Source: a virus
Reading direction: 5' to 3' (one strand)
DNA length: 64,000 nucleotides
Virus record (IMG/VR): IMGVR_UViG_3300021963_007958
In this document: positions 47,694-56,486 of the stretch, in pieces
Layout of the letters: each line of letters opens with the position of its first letter
Numbering within the stretch: the first letter of the stretch is position 1
Made by a program: the position numbers and the translations under genes
Notes under the pieces: model-generated
What the model was told of the DNA's origin: nothing
The model's database searches: none
What the model saw: the letters and a program-made list of their open reading frames with translations, nothing else

Positions 47694-48539
47694 TTATAAT
47701 CTTGTTGGGCTTATGTAAACTTTACTAGCTGAGTCTATCTGTGGAACCCCCCTGTTAGAATTAACGGGTAAAACCTGAGATTCTTCTGTTTGAGTCGAAG
47801 GTCCGTTACCATCAATCAAGATATCTCCATAGTATCCACCTACAAAATCAGAAGAAGTATTATTTTCCTCCGGCGCAGATGTTTCGAGATCTTCCACCAT
47901 TTCATTTAAAACCAGGTCTAATTCGTGATCTTCGTCTCTCTTTTCCTTGATTTCTTCAACTATCGGTTCATCTTCTAATCCATCCTCTAAAGTTACATCC
48001 CATTCTTTCGTCTCTTCCAGTTCTTCAGGGGTATAAGAAAACTTTTCCTCTTTGGTTTCAACTGGGGTTTCCTCTATTTTAGACTCTTCTTTAGTCGTGA
48101 ATTCTGACTGTGGTTTAATATAATCAACTAGAGATTTAATAAATCCAAGAGCTACTAATGGAAGAATTGCTCCAGAAACTGCAGAAAGAACTCTTTTTTG
48201 ATAAACTACATCTTCTTCGATGAGACCAAACAGCTCAGACCATCCCTGGAAGTTTTCCATGTGGACGAATGCATAATACATGTTTCCTTGCATCTGCATA
48301 AGAGTAATAGTCCCGAATAGCATCCAAACAAGAGTTTTGTTCATCTTATCTAGAATAATCAAAGAAGCTAGAGAAGCTGCTGCTCCCAGCTCAAATCCAA
48401 TTGCAAGGGAAACTGCTAACCAATAGGGGTTAGACAGCTTGAAGAATTCTATTACGTGAATCGTAGAAATGATACTAACAAGCAAATACAAGGACACAAA
48501 AGTTCCAATAATGAACCTATGTACAAGTTTGTCTTTCAT
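47694..48539 (-). CDS. multi-pass membrane protein with acidic C-terminal tail
   Basis: About 4 N-terminal hydrophobic helices. Confidence 0.6.
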   Translation of the reverse strand: MKDKLVHRFIIGTFVSLYLLVSIISTIHVIEFFKLSNPYWLAVSLAIGFELGAAASLASLIILDKMNKTLVWMLFGTITLMQMQGNMYYAFVHMENFQGWSELFGLIEEDVVYQKRVLSAVSGAILPLVALGFIKSLVDYIKPQSEFTTKEESKIEETPVETKEEKFSYTPEELEETKEWDVTLEDGLEDEPIVEEIKEKRDEDHELDLVLNEMVEDLETSAPEENNTSSDFVGGYYGDILIDGNGPSTQTEESQVLPVNSNRGVPQIDSASKVYISPTRL

Positions 48540-48829
48540 TAGTTTTTTGTTTGTAATTTCTTAATTTCGAGGTCAATCTCAGATTGTCTATTTACATCTA
48601 AGATTTTTCTATCTACCGACTGGATCATTCTTTTTTCTGCCTTTAGACCTTCTATTTCAATGTCCTTTCTATTTGGAAGTGCATCGATGATGGTTTTTTG
48701 AGCCTGGAATTCTTTCTTAACTTTGTGCAGTTCGGAACTGGTTCCACAAGATTTAAGATAGGTAAGGAACAAAAGGATAATTATGATCTTTGTCCCGTGT
48801 TTCGATAAAAAATTGTCTATTTTATTCAT
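48539..48829 (-). CDS. small membrane-anchored coiled-coil protein (spanin-like?)
   Basis: IIIILLFLTYLKSC followed by a coiled coil; GATATATA at 48854-48861. Confidence 0.5.
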   Translation of the reverse strand: MNKIDNFLSKHGTKIIIILLFLTYLKSCGTSSELHKVKKEFQAQKTIIDALPNRKDIEIEGLKAEKRMIQSVDRKILDVNRQSEIDLEIKKLQTKN

Positions 48830-48889
48830 GACTTGATTTTTAATTATATTCTGTATATATCCTCCGGAAAAATAAATCCCTAAGAAACA

Positions 48890-48916
48890 GAAAAGAGCAC
48901 GAGATGTGCTCTTTTC
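48890..48916 (-). terminator. intrinsic terminator
   Basis: GAAAAGAGCAC-GAGAT-GTGCTCTTTTC. Confidence 0.8.
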
Positions 48917-48941
48917 CGAAAGATTTAATTTTTACTATTTA

Positions 48942-49469
48942 TTAGGCTGTTTCAATTCCTTGTTGAGCAGCTACTAGATCTTTTTCTAGAGATTGGATAG
49001 CTTCTGCATCTTTTTTAACTTCTTCCAAAGCAATCGAAATTGGCTTAAATAAAGAAATAAAGTTTTGTGCTTCCTTTAGACCTTTTCCTCTAACCTTAGA
49101 AAGAAAATAGTGAACTGCTTCTAATGGAAGTGATTCAATAAAGATCGTATTGTCTTTCACCCCTTCTTTCTTAAGACCAGTAAGAATTTTGTGGACTTCG
49201 ATTACTCCCAAAGACTCAGTCTGAGACCATTCGGCATTCTTTTCTACAAAATCGATTAGGGTAACCAAAAGATCTGCATTCATTTTTACTGCATAAACTT
49301 TCTTAGAATTTTTCTCTTTTAGATCTTTGATCTGATCTTCGAGAGATTTAATTTTCTTGTGATCTAGCGTGTCGATGAAAGAATCTGCATAATCTACAGA
49401 AGCTCCAGAAAATGTAGTTGGGATTTCGCTAGAAGCAAGAGGAGTAGGAGTTGATTTCTTGTTGCTCAT
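48942..49469 (-). CDS. hypothetical protein
   Basis: 175 aa helical ORF followed by a terminator. Confidence 0.65.
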   Translation of the reverse strand: MSNKKSTPTPLASSEIPTTFSGASVDYADSFIDTLDHKKIKSLEDQIKDLKEKNSKKVYAVKMNADLLVTLIDFVEKNAEWSQTESLGVIEVHKILTGLKKEGVKDNTIFIESLPLEAVHYFLSKVRGKGLKEAQNFISLFKPISIALEEVKKDAEAIQSLEKDLVAAQQGIETA

Positions 49470-49514
49470 TTTATATTTTTATTATTCTATTTATATTTAA
49501 CTAAAAAGTTTCAT

Positions 49515-50318
49515 TTATACATCAAAGATATCAGAATCTTCTCTGTTGTGCTGAAGATAAACTCTTAAGGGTTCTCTCAAATCTTTAATCGGGTGAATTT
49601 TAGCTGGACCTTCTGGTCCAATGTGACACAAAAAACCTCCGTGAGATTCTATTCCGATTTCTTCCTCGAGCATCAGTCTATATAAACTAACCTGGATAGA
49701 ATATTCATTTAAATGATTCTCCCAAAGGTGAGAGAATGGATGGAGTAATTTTTTATATCTTCCCTTCGGATGTTCGTCAGATCTAAACTCTTTGTTAGTC
49801 TTCCAGTCTCCTATCAGAAAAAGAACCATTTTCTGTTTTTCGTCCCACATTAGGAAAGGCTGATCTATAGTTCCAGCGAGCTTCCATTTTCTGCAGAATA
49901 TTTTAAGCTCTGAAGATAAGGGAACTAGATTCTTAAATCTTTTTTCATAGAGATCCATAAATTTTCCAATTCTCTCTACAAAAGCGGGTTCGTCATCTTC
50001 GGTTAGTTCTCTGACATTACCTGACCAAAAATCCTCTATCCATTTATGAACTCTTGTTCCAAGATCATTAGCAACATCTGCCTTTCCCTGCCATTCATCT
50101 AAAACTACAGAAACATCAACTCCTCTTTCTGCTGCTTTCTTTTTAGACCAGTATTCCTTATCGAATGGAGTTTTAAATCTCTTAATGTAGGAAGTTACCG
50201 AATCATACTTTATGTCCCTATAGTGGTAAGTGTGAGCTTCTTCTTCAAAGATAAAGTTTGGATCTTTAAAGACAGAAAGCTTTTTAATTAGATCTTTTCT
50301 AATCGGCTTTAAGTCCAT
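49515..50318 (-). CDS. PD-(D/E)XK exonuclease (Cas4/RecB-like)
   Basis: SVT, GTRVH, LAGTIDQ, IGDWKTN, YSIQVSLY. Confidence 0.85.
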   Translation of the reverse strand: MDLKPIRKDLIKKLSVFKDPNFIFEEEAHTYHYRDIKYDSVTSYIKRFKTPFDKEYWSKKKAAERGVDVSVVLDEWQGKADVANDLGTRVHKWIEDFWSGNVRELTEDDEPAFVERIGKFMDLYEKRFKNLVPLSSELKIFCRKWKLAGTIDQPFLMWDEKQKMVLFLIGDWKTNKEFRSDEHPKGRYKKLLHPFSHLWENHLNEYSIQVSLYRLMLEEEIGIESHGGFLCHIGPEGPAKIHPIKDLREPLRVYLQHNREDSDIFDV

Positions 50319-50320
50319 AA

Positions 50321-50770
50321 TTATTTACCGATGGAAGGGAATAAAGAAGAGATCCAGTCCCAGTGATTATAAGCTAAAACTAGTAGAGTAATTTCTAATA
50401 TCAGTCTAGCCATCCATAAAATAGAGAGTTGTCTAAATACGAAAGAGTAAACGACCAAGAATGATTCCTCATCAGTACCCTCAACGGGATTCATAAGAGG
50501 GGCAATTAATTCTTGGAGGCTTAGCTTAGTTAAGTATTCGTTAATCGGCTTAATTTGATCAAACACAAATGCTGGTCTAGCATATTTTGGGAAGTCCGGA
50601 GATTTAGTGACTTCAGGGGGAAGATTAAAGACGGTATAGATCCTTCCAAACCAATCTCTTCTAAGTCTTAATTTGCTCCATTCAGGAGAATCTAAAGACT
50701 CTTTTTTAATCACCTTCAGATATTCCCTATATAGTCTTATTTCTTTTAATACTTTAAAAATTCTGAACAT
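50321..50770 (-). CDS. hypothetical protein with C-terminal transmembrane helix
   Basis: Hydrophobic C-terminus ILWMARLILEITLLVLAY. Confidence 0.6.
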   Translation of the reverse strand: MFRIFKVLKEIRLYREYLKVIKKESLDSPEWSKLRLRRDWFGRIYTVFNLPPEVTKSPDFPKYARPAFVFDQIKPINEYLTKLSLQELIAPLMNPVEGTDEESFLVVYSFVFRQLSILWMARLILEITLLVLAYNHWDWISSLFPSIGK

Positions 50771-50798
50771 AAAAATAGTTTATAAGTTATAGACGGAA

Positions 50799-51410
50799 TT
50801 ACTTGTTTTCCTCCATCTTTAGACGAATTTTATTTCTAGCTCGTCTGATTCTAGTGGCAATAGATCTTTTTTTGATGCCATATTTTTCCGCTATGTCTTT
50901 ATATTTCATCCCATTAATTTCTCTATCTATCATAATGTCCCGGTAGAGAGAAGGGAGGGACCTAATTTCTTCAATTGCTGTTTCGTACATATCATCTATA
51001 GACTCTCCTTCGCTAGCAAAGCTCCAGAGGGGATCTTCGTCTATATTATATGAAGGATTCTTCTCCTCGTTCTTAGAGGAAGAATAGTCTAGGTCTTCTA
51101 TAGAAAGATGGACATATTTCTTTCTAGTCTTTAGAAGAAGAAGAGATTCATTTCTAGCAATATTATAACACCACGTAGAAAAATTTCCTCTAGAACTATC
51201 ATATTGATCTATCTTTTGCCAGACTTTGGCCATTGCATTCAAGAATGCATCCTCTGCTAACTCCGGGTCTTTTAGAATCCCATAGCAATGATTTAATACC
51301 CCGGGTTTAACTCTTTCATAAAGTGATTTAAAACTTCTTTCATCCCTAGTCTCAATAAAATTGTTTGCAAGTACTTGGATGTTCTTTTCTTTCTTAATTT
51401 CTTTTTGCAT
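50799..51410 (-). CDS. sigma-70 family ECF-type RNA polymerase sigma factor
   Basis: Region 2 AEDAF..VWQKIDQYD..GNFSTWCYNIARNE; region 4 LPSLYRDIM..GMKYKDIAEKYGI..IATRIRRAR. Confidence 0.9.
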   Translation of the reverse strand: MQKEIKKEKNIQVLANNFIETRDERSFKSLYERVKPGVLNHCYGILKDPELAEDAFLNAMAKVWQKIDQYDSSRGNFSTWCYNIARNESLLLLKTRKKYVHLSIEDLDYSSSKNEEKNPSYNIDEDPLWSFASEGESIDDMYETAIEEIRSLPSLYRDIMIDREINGMKYKDIAEKYGIKKRSIATRIRRARNKIRLKMEENK

Positions 51411-51440
51411 TTCTCTTTATAATTTTCTTAGTTTATAATT

Positions 51441-51995
51441 TTATAGTTCTCCAATTCTGACCACCTCGATTCCAGCTTGAAACAGGAAACTAAGAGATTC
51501 TGTTTTTCTGTAAAGGTCCTTAAATACAACTCTCTTGATTCCCGACTGAATGATAAGTTTAGAGCATTCAAAACAAGGGGAAGCTGTAATATAAACTGTG
51601 GATCCATCCGAGCTATTTGTGCTCTTTGCGAGTTTAGTGATTGCATTTGCTTCTGCATGAAGAACATACGGTAGAGTTGTATTGCTATCATCTTCACACT
51701 GATTTGGAAACCCAGACGGACTCCCATTATACCCATCGGAAATGATGGACTTGTTTTTTACCATTAAGCATCCGACCTGCATTCTTTTGCAGTGTGAATT
51801 GGTTCCCCAAATTTCTGCCATCTTGAGATAGACTAAGTCTGTCTTAAGAGTCTTCACATCTAGATCTAGGTCTTCTATAGAATTTCCATATTTAAAAGTC
51901 CATCCTCCCGGGGAAGCCTTCCAGAAGGGGAGAGCTAATTTATCGGTGTCCCCAAAAGTCAGATGGAGAAATGTTTTTCTTTGGTTGTCTGTCAT
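51441..51995 (-). CDS. dCMP deaminase
   Basis: SHCKRMQVGC, GYNG, HAEANAI, SPCFECSK. Confidence 0.9.
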   Translation of the reverse strand: MTDNQRKTFLHLTFGDTDKLALPFWKASPGGWTFKYGNSIEDLDLDVKTLKTDLVYLKMAEIWGTNSHCKRMQVGCLMVKNKSIISDGYNGSPSGFPNQCEDDSNTTLPYVLHAEANAITKLAKSTNSSDGSTVYITASPCFECSKLIIQSGIKRVVFKDLYRKTESLSFLFQAGIEVVRIGEL

Positions 51996-52067
51996 TTAGT
52001 AGTTCTTTAGATCTCTTACCATCTAATATACGGACCTAAATTCTATAAGCTGAAAAAATCTTGAAAT

Positions 52068-53378
52068 TTATTCTAGCATGCTAGACTTTGGTCTAAACGG
52101 TTTATTGTCTTTAATAGTTAAAGGACCATTTAGGGTAGAATTAATAGCAGAAAGTAAAGACTTAATGTCTTGAATATCCTGTGGGGAAATTCCTTCCGGA
52201 GACTGCGTTGGTGTCGAAGGAGATGTAGATTTAGCTGAAGGAGACGGAGTAGAAGACGGAGTAGAGGGAGAGGAATCTGCTGTAGAGGTCTTAGTAGATT
52301 CAGACTCCGTGGTAGAAGAATCCTTAGCATTTTTTTCAGAAGAAGGAGTAGAAGGAGTCCCTTTAGATACCTCAGATTTTAGAGCTTGTTCTTCTTTTTT
52401 CATTTCTGACTTTGCTTCTTTTCTCTCTTTTTCTTTTTTGACTAGGGATTTAACCCCAGCAACAGTTTTTCCGAGGGAGCTTTCTTCGTAAGACTTTTTA
52501 AGTCCTTCTTTTATCTTTTGAACTTCTGTTAATTCTGGACTTTTTTTAATCTCTTGAGAAGAAGATTTTTCTGTCTCCAAAGTTGTTTTTGTCTCGCTTT
52601 TTTTAGAGTCATCATTTTTAGATTCCCCTTTGGGTTTTGTCTTCTCGAATAGGGAAGAGAAGAATCCCTTCTTCTCAGATTTTTTAACTGATTCGGGACT
52701 GCTAGGCTTATTTTCATTTCCTGGGGAAGATCCATCTTTCTTATCCTCAGTTTTCTTAGGAGAAATCTTATCCATTAATTTCTCGAAGAATCCTTTGTTA
52801 TCGTCCTTTTTTACTTCTGTAGATTTATTATCATCTTCTGATTTTTCTTTCCTCTTAAATGGATTCAGTTTATCTAAAACCGATTCTTTCCCTTCCTTCT
52901 TTTCCTCCGAAGAAATTTTCTCCTTAGCCTTCAATTCGTCTCTTCTTGTTTGAATTGTAGAAACCCCTCCAATTGCCTCCTTTACTAAACCTTTCTTTCC
53001 TTCCGAAATTCCCCCCTTTAATCCAGAGGATATTATATCCTTAATGGACCCTCCTTTTAGAAAGGACATTCCAGCAGCTTTTAGTGATCCTAGCCCGGCT
53101 TGTTTAGCAACCCTACCGGTTGCATCCGATGATGCAGACCTGGATGATTTTTCAGAAGAGGTAGAAGAAGTAGAGGTCGAGCTTGTTGGTTTAGACTCCG
53201 ATGCGGACTTCTTTGCAGCATCTGCTTCTTTCTTAACAGAATTTTCTAATTTTGTAGATAGAGTCTTTTGAGATTCAGAATTTATCTTATTTGATTCCCT
53301 AATCTCTTTAATCAGAACATCCAAGTTCCTGGTAAGGTTTGACAATTCTTGGAGTAACTTTGGGGAGGATTCCATCAA
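52068..53378 (-). CDS. Lys/Ser/Glu-rich tail protein in tape-measure position
   Basis: Directly after the chaperone pair; helical termini and a low-complexity middle; GATATATA at 53391-53398. Confidence 0.45.
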   Translation of the reverse strand: MMESSPKLLQELSNLTRNLDVLIKEIRESNKINSESQKTLSTKLENSVKKEADAAKKSASESKPTSSTSTSSTSSEKSSRSASSDATGRVAKQAGLGSLKAAGMSFLKGGSIKDIISSGLKGGISEGKKGLVKEAIGGVSTIQTRRDELKAKEKISSEEKKEGKESVLDKLNPFKRKEKSEDDNKSTEVKKDDNKGFFEKLMDKISPKKTEDKKDGSSPGNENKPSSPESVKKSEKKGFFSSLFEKTKPKGESKNDDSKKSETKTTLETEKSSSQEIKKSPELTEVQKIKEGLKKSYEESSLGKTVAGVKSLVKKEKERKEAKSEMKKEEQALKSEVSKGTPSTPSSEKNAKDSSTTESESTKTSTADSSPSTPSSTPSPSAKSTSPSTPTQSPEGISPQDIQDIKSLLSAINSTLNGPLTIKDNKPFRPKSSMLE

Positions 53379-53407
53379 TTATTTTTTCTTTATATATCAG
53401 CAAATTG

Positions 53408-53596
53408 CTATTTGGTAAAATTGAAAAGTTCAATCTTACCCGATTCCTCTAGAGCTTCTTTGTTGTCTTTTTCGACTGCTTGATTTAACTTTTCAATCCA
53501 AATTTGATATTCATAGAATGGAATGGACTCAACCCAATTTGGATCTAGGTCATGTTCTTTCCACATTCTGAACTTCAGATCAAAGAAGTTCTCCAA
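53408..53596 (-). CDS. tail/baseplate chaperone C-terminal ORF (probable frameshift partner)
   Basis: SLENFFDLKFRMWKEH..VESIPFYEYQIWIEKL resembles the small ORF after T4-like hub chaperones; only a TTG start; overlaps the upstream gene. Confidence 0.6.
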   Translation of the reverse strand: MENFFDLKFRMWKEHDLDPNWVESIPFYEYQIWIEKLNQAVEKDNKEALEESGKIELFNFTK

Positions 53597-54692
53597 AGAT
53601 ATCTGAAATAACGAAAAGAGATTTGAACCCTCCGGGAAAGGTTATGGGTGCGGTGACCTCGGCACCGCAGGTAGGACATTTGATGTTAATATCTAGTTCT
53701 GTCCCAATTTTTATAGTTTCACAAAGTTCATAGTAAAGAGAGAATTCTTCTTTAGACCAGTTGTCTGATTCTCTCATTCTTAGAACAATCTCATTAAATC
53801 CTAGATTTCTCCATTCACCAAAAATGAAAGGAGCAATTTTAATAAAGCTCTCGTCCACCTCAATACCTCTTTTATCACACTCAAATATAAAATCAGAAAC
53901 TGCACCCATTACTCCGATAGAAGGAACGGACATTGTAATTTCTTTTCCGATTTTTCTAACAGGAAAAACGAAATTTCTGGTTATAGGAGAATAATACTTC
54001 ATTACCCTTGGATCAATATCATAGGAAGAAAGAACTCCAGTTCTTAGTTCTATCCCGTTATTGATTGGGCAGGAATTCTTATCTTTACACTTAGACTCGG
54101 GAGTAATGATAATTCTGTTTTCTCCCTGGATAAAAGTCAAATCCCTAATTGCCATTACGAGAAAAAATCTGTCCTCGTGTTTTAAATCTTTATATGAAAC
54201 AACACCTTCGCTAGGAAAATGCATAGTGCTACACTTGCTAAGGATGAAATTTAGTTTCTCGTCAAGATCGATTAGATCGTCTTCGTCAATAGTTGAAAAG
54301 TGTCTAATCTCTTTAACTTCGGCAGATCTAATTGCAATCTTTGTTCCCTCGGGATAAAAAAATCCTCTGGAAGGAAGAACTGTTAATGGAAGATTTTTCC
54401 AGCCAAAATCCAGCCCAGGAGAAAACTCCGGCTGTGGGATTCTTTTTGGTTCAATTCTTCCCAAGTCAGGAGCTTGCTGAACAGGAGGGGCGACAGGTTC
54501 TTCTCTGGGTTCTTCGAAGATAGGAGGGGAATATAAAGGGGTTTGTCTTGCCTTTAAATCTTCCGGGGTTGGATTAATTGGGGTTTGAGGTATAAAAGGA
54601 TCATCATATACAATTCCCCCTTCCATCTCTTTTCTAGCTAGGATTTCTTCTGGGGAGAGACCTTTTAAAATTCCACTTTCGTTTGGATTCAT
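53580..54692 (-). CDS. baseplate hub assembly / tail chaperone (gp26/gp51-like)
   Basis: LPSRGFFYP, DRFFLVMAIRDLT, C-terminal CPTCG. Confidence 0.75.
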   Translation of the reverse strand: MNPNESGILKGLSPEEILARKEMEGGIVYDDPFIPQTPINPTPEDLKARQTPLYSPPIFEEPREEPVAPPVQQAPDLGRIEPKRIPQPEFSPGLDFGWKNLPLTVLPSRGFFYPEGTKIAIRSAEVKEIRHFSTIDEDDLIDLDEKLNFILSKCSTMHFPSEGVVSYKDLKHEDRFFLVMAIRDLTFIQGENRIIITPESKCKDKNSCPINNGIELRTGVLSSYDIDPRVMKYYSPITRNFVFPVRKIGKEITMSVPSIGVMGAVSDFIFECDKRGIEVDESFIKIAPFIFGEWRNLGFNEIVLRMRESDNWSKEEFSLYYELCETIKIGTELDINIKCPTCGAEVTAPITFPGGFKSLFVISDIFGELL

Positions 54693-54730
54693 AATTATTT
54701 ACTTTATACTTTATATACTCATCCACATAA

Positions 54731-54765
54731 AAAGACGAATATTCTTTTTTAGAATATTCGTCTTT
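54731..54765 (-). terminator. 15-bp hairpin terminator
   Basis: AAAGACGAATATTCT-TTTTT-AGAATATTCGTCTTT. Confidence 0.75.
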
Positions 54766-54786
54766 GGAAAGTTTCGTTAATTTATG

Positions 54787-55281
54787 CTAAGCGTTAATGT
54801 TAGAAATTGCAGCTTTAGATCTTTTTACAGAATCTCTTTTTGCTGATTCTATTGGATTACACCAAATAAGTCTATCTTGATCCTCCGTAGCCTTTAGATC
54901 ATCATATAAAGGTTTTACAGCCTTTAATAGTGCTTCTGAGAAATTATTCATCTTTTTATTCTGATCAGCATTTCCTTGGTACATGCTTAAGGTTGTATTC
55001 CCGAAACGTTCTTTGGCTTTATCCGGGGTTGGAAACTCCATAGAAGTAGGGAAAAAATCTTTCCCCGCTAATTTTAGGGCCCAAGCAATCAAATATCTAT
55101 TATTAAAAGAGGTGTCGCCAAAAACTTTTTTAATATTATCAAAAGTGAGACTGGTCTGTTGTTCATCTTTTGTATTTTTTCTAAGCTCCTCGATGGCAGC
55201 CTGTGCTCTTTTTGGATCCCATTCTTGTACTCCCTCGTTTAGAGCCTGAACAAATGAATCGAAATATGATAAATTTTTCAT
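54787..55281 (-). CDS. putative internal virion protein
   Basis: Leader MKNLSYFDSFVQALNE. Confidence 0.55.
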   Translation of the reverse strand: MKNLSYFDSFVQALNEGVQEWDPKRAQAAIEELRKNTKDEQQTSLTFDNIKKVFGDTSFNNRYLIAWALKLAGKDFFPTSMEFPTPDKAKERFGNTTLSMYQGNADQNKKMNNFSEALLKAVKPLYDDLKATEDQDRLIWCNPIESAKRDSVKRSKAAISNINA

Positions 55282-55283
55282 TT

Positions 55284-55862
55284 TTAGATGAATTGATCTT
55301 GCCAGTAGTCTGCCTTCCAGCTAGTAGCTAATGTGTATAGAGTTTCTCCTGCATCATAGTTTAGATCCATTGGATTCAAATCTGCAGTCAGGAAGCAGTT
55401 ATTTAGGCTGATTCTTCTAAATACATCTCCCTGTTTATTGAAGATCGAAACCACGATAGATCCAACATAGTCTTTTTTTAGACCCATTGCACCAGTTAGT
55501 GGGTTATAAATCAAATCCGCCCATTGTCTCATGATTTTATAAACAATCATGGAATTCTGTTCATTCAAGTTAACCTCGAAATCTATGCTAAATGCAACAG
55601 AAGTATCTGAAGGAGCACCTCCTGCATATCTTCTTTCTGCAAACTTATAAAACTGACTAGCAGCTCCTGCAGGTTGAATATCAACCGCAAGACCTGATAT
55701 CTTCTTCACCTGCTGGGTTAGAATACCTTCTCCTCTGAATCTAGTATTAGCTAAAGTAACACTAGCGGGAGGGGTAATCAAAACCTCAAACTGGTTGAGA
55801 TAAACTGGTTCGTACAGTTTTACTCCGGCTGCCGAGTTGGTAAAATGTGGTAATCCTGCCAT
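55284..55862 (-). CDS. tail tube protein, copy 2 (gp19-like)
   Basis: EPVYLNQFEV, FEVNLN, RQWADLIYNPLTG, WKADYW; follows the sheath gene. Confidence 0.85.
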   Translation of the reverse strand: MAGLPHFTNSAAGVKLYEPVYLNQFEVLITPPASVTLANTRFRGEGILTQQVKKISGLAVDIQPAGAASQFYKFAERRYAGGAPSDTSVAFSIDFEVNLNEQNSMIVYKIMRQWADLIYNPLTGAMGLKKDYVGSIVVSIFNKQGDVFRRISLNNCFLTADLNPMDLNYDAGETLYTLATSWKADYWQDQFI

Positions 55863-55876
55863 TTATTTTAATTTTT

Positions 55877-56428
55877 TTATGAGAATTGGTCGTCCCAGTA
55901 ATCTACTGCCCACTGTAAGCTAATGTCATATAGTTCAGTTCCTCCATAGTCTAGTTCCATCGCACCGATAGGGGCGATAGGGAAGCAGTCTCTGCAGGTA
56001 ATTCTTCTAAATACATCTCCTTGTTTGTTAAAGACAGAAATAACAATAGTTCCGGTATAATCTCTCTTTAGACCCATCGCACCTGTGAGAGGGTTGTAAA
56101 TAAGGTCTGTCCATTGTCTCAAAGTCTTGAACACGTACATGGAGTTTGCATCGTTCAAGTTGACGGTAAAGTTAACCGTTAGATCAAAAACTGTGCTATC
56201 GGGTTTTGCACCTGCATAGTTTCTAACCGCAAACTTATATTTCTGCTGTGTTGCAGCAGGAGTTTTATCCACGCCCAAACCTGAAATGCTTGTCACCTGT
56301 TCAACCAGAATTGGTCCTCCCAGGACTGCTGCCGGGGGCGTAATAAGAACTTCAAACTGGTTGAGATAAACGGGTTCGTATTTGTTTATCCCAAACAGTG
56401 AATTCTGATAGTGTGGTAATCCAGCCAT
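55877..56428 (-). CDS. tail tube protein, copy 1 (gp19-like)
   Basis: EPVYLNQFEV, RQWTDLIYNPLTG, CFPI, WAVDYW. Confidence 0.85.
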   Translation of the reverse strand: MAGLPHYQNSLFGINKYEPVYLNQFEVLITPPAAVLGGPILVEQVTSISGLGVDKTPAATQQKYKFAVRNYAGAKPDSTVFDLTVNFTVNLNDANSMYVFKTLRQWTDLIYNPLTGAMGLKRDYTGTIVISVFNKQGDVFRRITCRDCFPIAPIGAMELDYGGTELYDISLQWAVDYWDDQFS

Positions 56429-56486
56429 TTAGTTCTTTTTCTTTTTTCTTCTATTTATCCTTTTCCTTCTTTCCGTCAAAAATTAA

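Noticed and set aside
49515-50318. Cas4 of a CRISPR-Cas system
   Set aside because: No cas genes or array nearby and no four-Cys cluster; stand-alone PD-(D/E)XK nucleases are common in phages.
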